A stretch of DNA of 64,000 nucleotides from contig CAJTIX010000003.1 in the NCBI GenBank assembly GCA_910576795.1, positions 31,026-95,025 of the forward strand, in the 5' to 3' direction. The position numbers and the translations under genes are program-made. The stretch is from an uncultured Bacilli bacterium (GTDB lineage Bacteria > Bacillota_I > Bacilli_A > RF39 > UBA660). Shown here piece by piece: positions 59,932 to 64,000 of this stretch. The notes under the pieces were generated by a model that saw only the letters and a program-made list of their open reading frames with translations, was not told the DNA's origin and did not search any database. Position 1 is the first letter of the stretch. Each line of letters starts with the position of its first letter.

Positions 59932-60498
59932 TTAAGAGTTTTTCTTTTGCATATCTAAATAATAGTTACGAAGTTCTTTGAATCTTTGATAATGGATAAT
60001 TTCTCTCTGTCTCAAGAAAGAGAGTGGTCCTAAAATATCAGGATCGTTTGTCATATCCATTAAGTGTTCATATGTAGCACGCGCTCTTTGTTCAGCAGCC
60101 ATATCACTTTCGATATTGGCAATTGGGTCTCCAGCTGTTTTAATATAAGCCATTGTAAATGGATTTCCAAATGAATCAGATGGGAATAAATCCATTCCAA
60201 ATTGTGCATAATTCGCACCCAAACCAGCTGCTTCCATTTCTTCTATGGTCGCCCCATTCGTTAATTGATAAATCATGGTAGATATGATCTCAACATGGGC
60301 AAGTTCTTCTGTACCAATATCTGTTAACAAAGCTTTACCTTTTTCATCTGGCATGGTATAACGCTGATTTAAGTATTGCCAAGCTGCAGATAGTTCACCA
60401 GCAGGACCCCCGTATTGTGTTACTAAGTATTTTGCCATACGTAGGTCTTTATTTTTAATGTTAACTGGATATTCTAATTTTTTCTTATAAATCCACAT
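59932..60498 (-). CDS. cotJC: spore coat protein CotJC (Mn-catalase-like ferritin fold)
   Basis: 188 aa. MWIYKKKLEYPV...AKYLVTQYGGPAGELSAAWQYLNQRYT...LTDIGTEELAHVE closely matches CotJC/Mn-catalase di-metal ligands. Confidence 0.8.
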   Translation of the reverse strand: MWIYKKKLEYPVNIKNKDLRMAKYLVTQYGGPAGELSAAWQYLNQRYTMPDEKGKALLTDIGTEELAHVEIISTMIYQLTNGATIEEMEAAGLGANYAQFGMDLFPSDSFGNPFTMAYIKTAGDPIANIESDMAAEQRARATYEHLMDMTNDPDILGPLSFLRQREIIHYQRFKELRNYYLDMQKKNS

Positions 60499-60510
60499 AT
60501 TTGTTCCCCC

Positions 60511-60951
60511 TTATTTATTTTCCCATGGCCATGGACGATTATCCCAAGCCCAAGGATATACATTTGAAGCATCACTATCTACTAAGATAGGACCATATTT
60601 ACTTTCATATTCATTTCTTAATTTATTGGCTTCCATACGATACTGATTGAATAACGCAATCATATCTTTATCATTTTGATATAAATCCAAATATAAATTG
60701 ATATCAATAGTTGCGAATGAAAGTGCATCTAAGAACATAAGTAATTGTTCCCTTTCGTTCATAGGTGTAATATCAAGAGGTTGATTTAATTTATAAGTAT
60801 TGTAAAGATTTGGAAACATATTTCCTCTAATAAATCCTTGATATGGATCAAAAAGTGTGTTCGCATTCGCATCTTCTGTATAGAGTGGTTGATTGAAATT
60901 ATCATTGTTGTAATTGTAGTAATCTAAATTTTTATTTTGGTAATTATACAT
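60511..60951 (-). CDS. cotJB: spore coat protein CotJB
   Basis: C-terminal YGPILVD...YPWAWDNRPWPWE matches the CotJB signature. ATG at 60951 with an AAGGGAG RBS. Confidence 0.7.
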   Translation of the reverse strand: MYNYQNKNLDYYNYNNDNFNQPLYTEDANANTLFDPYQGFIRGNMFPNLYNTYKLNQPLDITPMNEREQLLMFLDALSFATIDINLYLDLYQNDKDMIALFNQYRMEANKLRNEYESKYGPILVDSDASNVYPWAWDNRPWPWENK

Positions 60952-61215
60952 AAAAATTTCTCCCTTCAACCTATCCTATGGTTTTTTGACTATTTTGTAT
61001 AGGTATGTAACCATTTTTTGATATTTTTCTATGTTCGGACATTATTTTTCACGATTGAGACAGATTTTGAAAATTTGCATATAACATACTGTAAAATTTT
61101 GGAAAAAGGGGTTACAATAGTATAGAATAAGATGGACTTATTGATTAGAAGGTTCTTCTAATTTTACAATTGTTCACTAATTGTACACAGAATAGAATTA
61201 GGGGTTGTATGATGT

Positions 61216-61917
61216 ATGATAAATTATATTATATGTGATGATAAAGTTTTATTTAGGCAAGAAGTAGAAGAAATTATTGATCGTGTTATGATGCGCAATG
61301 ATATACTATATGAAAAACATTCATTTGAAAGTTATGATAATGATTTTATGAAGATTATGAATCAAAAAAAGGCACTTAAGATTTACATATTAGATATTGA
61401 AGTGAATGGAAAATCTGGAATTGATATTGCAAAACGGATTCGTAATGATGACATCGAAAGTATGCTTATTTTTTGTACTGCATATTATGAAAAATATAAA
61501 AAAGATATGTTAAAAAGTAAGTTTCTATTTTTAGATTTCATCGATAAAAGTGGAAATTATCAAAAAGAATTAGAGGATTCAATTGAGCTTGCTCTTAAGA
61601 ATCTAAGTATGAAAAATATCATTCGTTTTAAAAATCAAAATATTGTACATACGATTGCAACCAAGGACATTTTATATATTATAAGGGACAAAGACCGTAA
61701 GTGTACGATTCAGACAACTGATAATCAGATTATCGTAAATAAGACTTTGATTGAATTAAAAAATATGTTAGATAGTCGTTTTGTATATGCGCATAGAGCA
61801 TGTATTGTGAATTATGACCGTATCTCTCAATTCAACAAAAAGGACAAAACTATATTATTTGATAACAATATGGGAACAGATTTGGTATCTTCTAGATTTA
61901 AAATGGAGGATGAATAA
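61216..61917 (+). CDS. LytTR-family response regulator (REC + LytTR DNA-binding domain)
   Basis: REC with acidic pocket (CDD), phospho-acceptor region YILDIEV, and T/K residues. C-terminal LytTR domain (IRFKNQNIVHTI...ILYIIRDKDRKCTIQT...FVYAHRACIVN). Confidence 0.75.
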   Translation: MINYIICDDKVLFRQEVEEIIDRVMMRNDILYEKHSFESYDNDFMKIMNQKKALKIYILDIEVNGKSGIDIAKRIRNDDIESMLIFCTAYYEKYKKDMLKSKFLFLDFIDKSGNYQKELEDSIELALKNLSMKNIIRFKNQNIVHTIATKDILYIIRDKDRKCTIQTTDNQIIVNKTLIELKNMLDSRFVYAHRACIVNYDRISQFNKKDKTILFDNNMGTDLVSSRFKMEDE

Positions 61918-61986
61918 GTTTTTCCTAAAAAAGTCTTGCGTATTCTATAATTTATGATAAAATATTAAATGTAACTTATGTTACAT

Positions 61987-62063
61987 GGCGTGATTGGTGA
62001 AGTGGTTAACACGGCGGATTGTGGTTCCGTTATGCAAGAGTTCGATCCTCTTATCGCGCCCCA
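61987..62063 (+). tRNA. trnH: tRNA-His (anticodon GTG) with encoded G-1 and CCA
   Basis: Cloverleaf by hand: acceptor GCGTGAT/ATCGCGC with extra 5' G pairing discriminator C; anticodon stem GCGGA/TCCGT and loop TTGTGGT; T-loop GTTCGATC; 3' CCA. Confidence 0.8.
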
Positions 62064-62073
62064 TTTAAAAAAT

Positions 62074-62110
62074 AACTTACGATATCATATTGAGTCGTAA
62101 GTTTTATTTT
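62074..62110 (+). terminator. rho-independent terminator after tRNA-His
   Basis: ACTTACGAtatcatattgagTCGTAAGT followed by TTTTATTTT. Confidence 0.5.
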
Positions 62111-62119
62111 ATAAAGAAT

Positions 62120-62330
62120 AAGTTCTCATTTCATAGAAAGAGAATTTTTTGATGCTTGAATTCCGAACTTTCTTCACTACTTTTTTCAAATAGGTAACTA
62201 GGCTTAACACCAAAAAAGTAAGATATTTTAATAGGTATCATAATATAATCTTCTTTTTCCATTTTCTAACTGCCAATAATATGATTTACTAATCCCCATC
62301 TTATTCGCCATTATCTGGTTTTTTTGTCTT
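62120..62330 (-). pseudogene. decayed XRE-family HTH gene (paralogue of 58982-59185)
   Basis: Minus-strand translation gives MMTEL*NERQKNQIMANKMGISKSYYWQLENGKRRLYYDTY*. After a frameshift it continues IKISYFFGVKPSYLFEK. This parallels MYSMQKLRLL...MAKKLSITPSFYSQIENKKRRLFYDTAVRIGIIFNMRPDFIFY, but with an in-frame stop and a frameshift. Confidence 0.45.
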
Positions 62331-62431
62331 TCGTTTTACAACTCTGTCATCATATTTATATGTTATATAACCAATAGTCAATAAACCACCAAAACTGATA
62401 TTATTCTCTTATAGAAGGGAATGTTCAATAA

Positions 62432-62671
62432 ATGGAAAAAGTAAAAAAAGTAAATGTGGAAAAAGGATATTATCTTTTTAAATTAGAACAAATATTAGCA
62501 GATAAAAAAATAAGTATTAATAAGCTAATGAAAGATACAAATACAGATTATAAAGTAGTTAAAAGGTTAATGAATGGTGATATGATAAGAATAGATATCA
62601 TTGTACTAGCGAGATTATGTGATTATTTAGATTGTAATATGACCGATATATTTGAATATATTAGGAACTAA
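62432..62671 (+). CDS. small Cro/CI-type HTH protein
   Basis: 79 aa. HTH-like ISINKLMKDTNTDYKVVKRLMNG...LARLCDYLDCNMTDIF. Confidence 0.55.
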   Translation: MEKVKKVNVEKGYYLFKLEQILADKKISINKLMKDTNTDYKVVKRLMNGDMIRIDIIVLARLCDYLDCNMTDIFEYIRN

Positions 62672-62839
62672 ATAGTTGAAATTATTTCTAAAAGCAAATC
62701 TAATACAAAGTTGATGAAATGTTAGTTAAAATTAAAAAGAAAGAATGTTGTATTAAACCTGTCAACTGATATAATGTGATAAATTAACGGGTTGTGCTAG
62801 TTGATTTATTTAATATGCATAAACTTTATATTATTTATC

Positions 62840-62868
62840 CAAAATTCCATACGTTGTCTGGAATTTTG
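62840..62868. repeat. perfect 10-bp inverted repeat CAAAATTCCA-n9-TGGAATTTTG
   Basis: Stem 62840-62849 / 62859-62868 in non-coding decayed DNA downstream of tRNA-His. No flanking T-run. Confidence 0.5.
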
Positions 62869-63159
62869 AGTTGACCATATTATTGTCAATTAAGATTATA
62901 TTAGGATTCAAAAAAGGATATGTGTAGATATGATTGATGAAGCAGTTAACATGGTGGATTAGGTAGAACTGTGCTAGAGTTAAAGTTATCGAATTTTAAA
63001 ATTAAAAAAACCTAAAATGAAATATATATGATTTTATTAATTCCTAAAATATAAATTAAAATCCCAAAATGAGTTCTAATATAATATGTCTATTTGGAAT
63101 AAATAATCCTGCATGGTATAATGAAAGTAATGATTCATATATGTTTAGTTAATTGACTT

Positions 63160-63480
63160 AAATAATGATAGGCGAAGAAGATTAGAAAATATTCCAATTG
63201 AAATAGTAACACCTAAGGAATTTAGAATTAAAAGTGACGTTATCGAAGATGGAAAAACAACAGTAGAAAATGCAATAAAAAAGCGCAAGTATACTATAAA
63301 CTGTAGGTGATTCGGGCCTTCTTGTAGATGGTATTCCTATGATAAACAACCAGCGTTATTTGTAAGAAGAGTTAATGGAAAATTTTATCATATGATGAAA
63401 GATGATTTAAGATATGGTGAGGAGGTAGCATTAGACCAATTTATGATCTTTCTAATGGACAAGAACAAATGTTCAAAAAG
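63160..63480 (+). pseudogene. Ham1/RdgB-family (non-canonical purine NTP pyrophosphatase) gene remnant
   Basis: Three frames give IPIEIVTPKEFRIKSDVIEDGKTTVENAIKK...*, GDSGLLVDGIPMINNQRYL* and LMDKNK. They match successive RdgB blocks (IEV..FPEI.EIEETGTTFEENA.LKA; DDSGL.VDAL.G.PGVYSARY) but are split by stops and frameshifts. The N- and C-termini are missing. Confidence 0.45.
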
Positions 63481-63525
63481 TAGAACGATTTGATTTTACA
63501 ATCAAAAAGGAGCGTGTGATATTTA

Positions 63526-64000
63526 TGAAAGCAACATATAAAAAGCTATTTAATATCTCTTATAATAATAAAATATTTTGTATATTTTTAGATGAAACTA
63601 ATAGACGTACTTTCTTGGAAGTAAATGAAAAAGGAGAATATATATACCCAACTTTAGAAGAATTTAAATGCCTTAATGAAGTATTCAATAATTTTAATCC
63701 TTTTATAGTATATGTCATACACTATATGTTTCAAGAACAGGTAATAAAAAGTTCTCTTGGAGTTTTAGCAGCCATCACGGTAATAAATTCTGCTGGGCTT
63801 AATTTAGGTCACTATACCGTAAAGGAATCAGAAAGAGAAGTACAGGTAGTAAAAGAATGCGTAAATTTAGAAAAGAAAGAAATTGAAATCAAAGATATAA
63901 GTCAATTAGATGAATTGTTAGGATATAAAAAAATATCGATAGATGAAGTCCATTCTGCAATCGATTACAATGATAAAATACCACCTGTTTATAAAAAATT
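63526..64000 (+). CDS. hypothetical protein, 5' portion (runs off window end)
   Basis: Open frame from the ATG at 63526 to the window end (more than 158 codons). An AAAGGAG RBS lies 12 nt upstream. Absent from the ORF track, presumably because no stop falls in the window. Confidence 0.4.

Noticed and set aside
60970-61215. Search for a cotJA gene upstream of cotJB
   Set aside because: Only short stop-interrupted frames are present on the minus strand (MLYANFQNLSQS*, MSEHRKISKNGYIPIQNSQKTIG*). No CotJA-like ORF could be supported.

Overview
This window is an AT-rich (about 30% GC, judged by eye) chromosomal origin-of-replication region of a low-GC Firmicute that uses the standard genetic code. 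The gene content suggests an endospore-forming Erysipelotrichia or Clostridia-like organism: spoIIR, spoIID, a SpoIIQ-like gene, spoIIID, bofA, cotJB and cotJC are all present.

The leading-strand switch lies at about 16.6-17.0 kb. On the minus strand, from right to left, run dnaA, dnaN, a ComK-like gene, recF, gyrB, gyrA, ffs, tadA, dnaX, ybaB, recR, bofA, holB, ricT, a YabB-like methyltransferase, rsmI and pth. On the plus strand run rpmH, rnpA, yidC, jag, an HD-domain gene, mnmE, a small ORF, mnmG, rsmG, parB and uvrB, followed by housekeeping, cell-wall, sporulation and accessory genes.

oriC carries at least six DnaA boxes, including a perfect TTATCCACA, between dnaA and a consensus rpmH promoter. 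A second AT-rich DnaA-box region lies between dnaA and dnaN.

The non-annotated structures that stand out most are:
- Five near-consensus 16-bp parS palindromes (TGTT[T/C]CACGTG[A/G]AACA) packed into 1.1 kb of non-coding DNA around tadA and a minimal roughly 80-nt SRP RNA (ffs). The lone ParB homologue, 7.5 kb across the origin, has no ParA/Soj or Noc partner and carries an inserted low-complexity segment of roughly 290 aa.
- A ComK-family protein in the slot that B. subtilis fills with yaaA, between dnaN and recF.
- A small, strongly signalled ORF inserted between mnmE and mnmG.
- A spoIID/SpoIIQ-like/spoIIID/mbl cluster split by an opposite-strand gene that has a perfect consensus sigma-A promoter.
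- A tRNA-His followed by decayed DNA holding a frameshifted XRE paralogue and a Ham1/RdgB pseudogene.

No CRISPR array, transposase or rRNA was seen.
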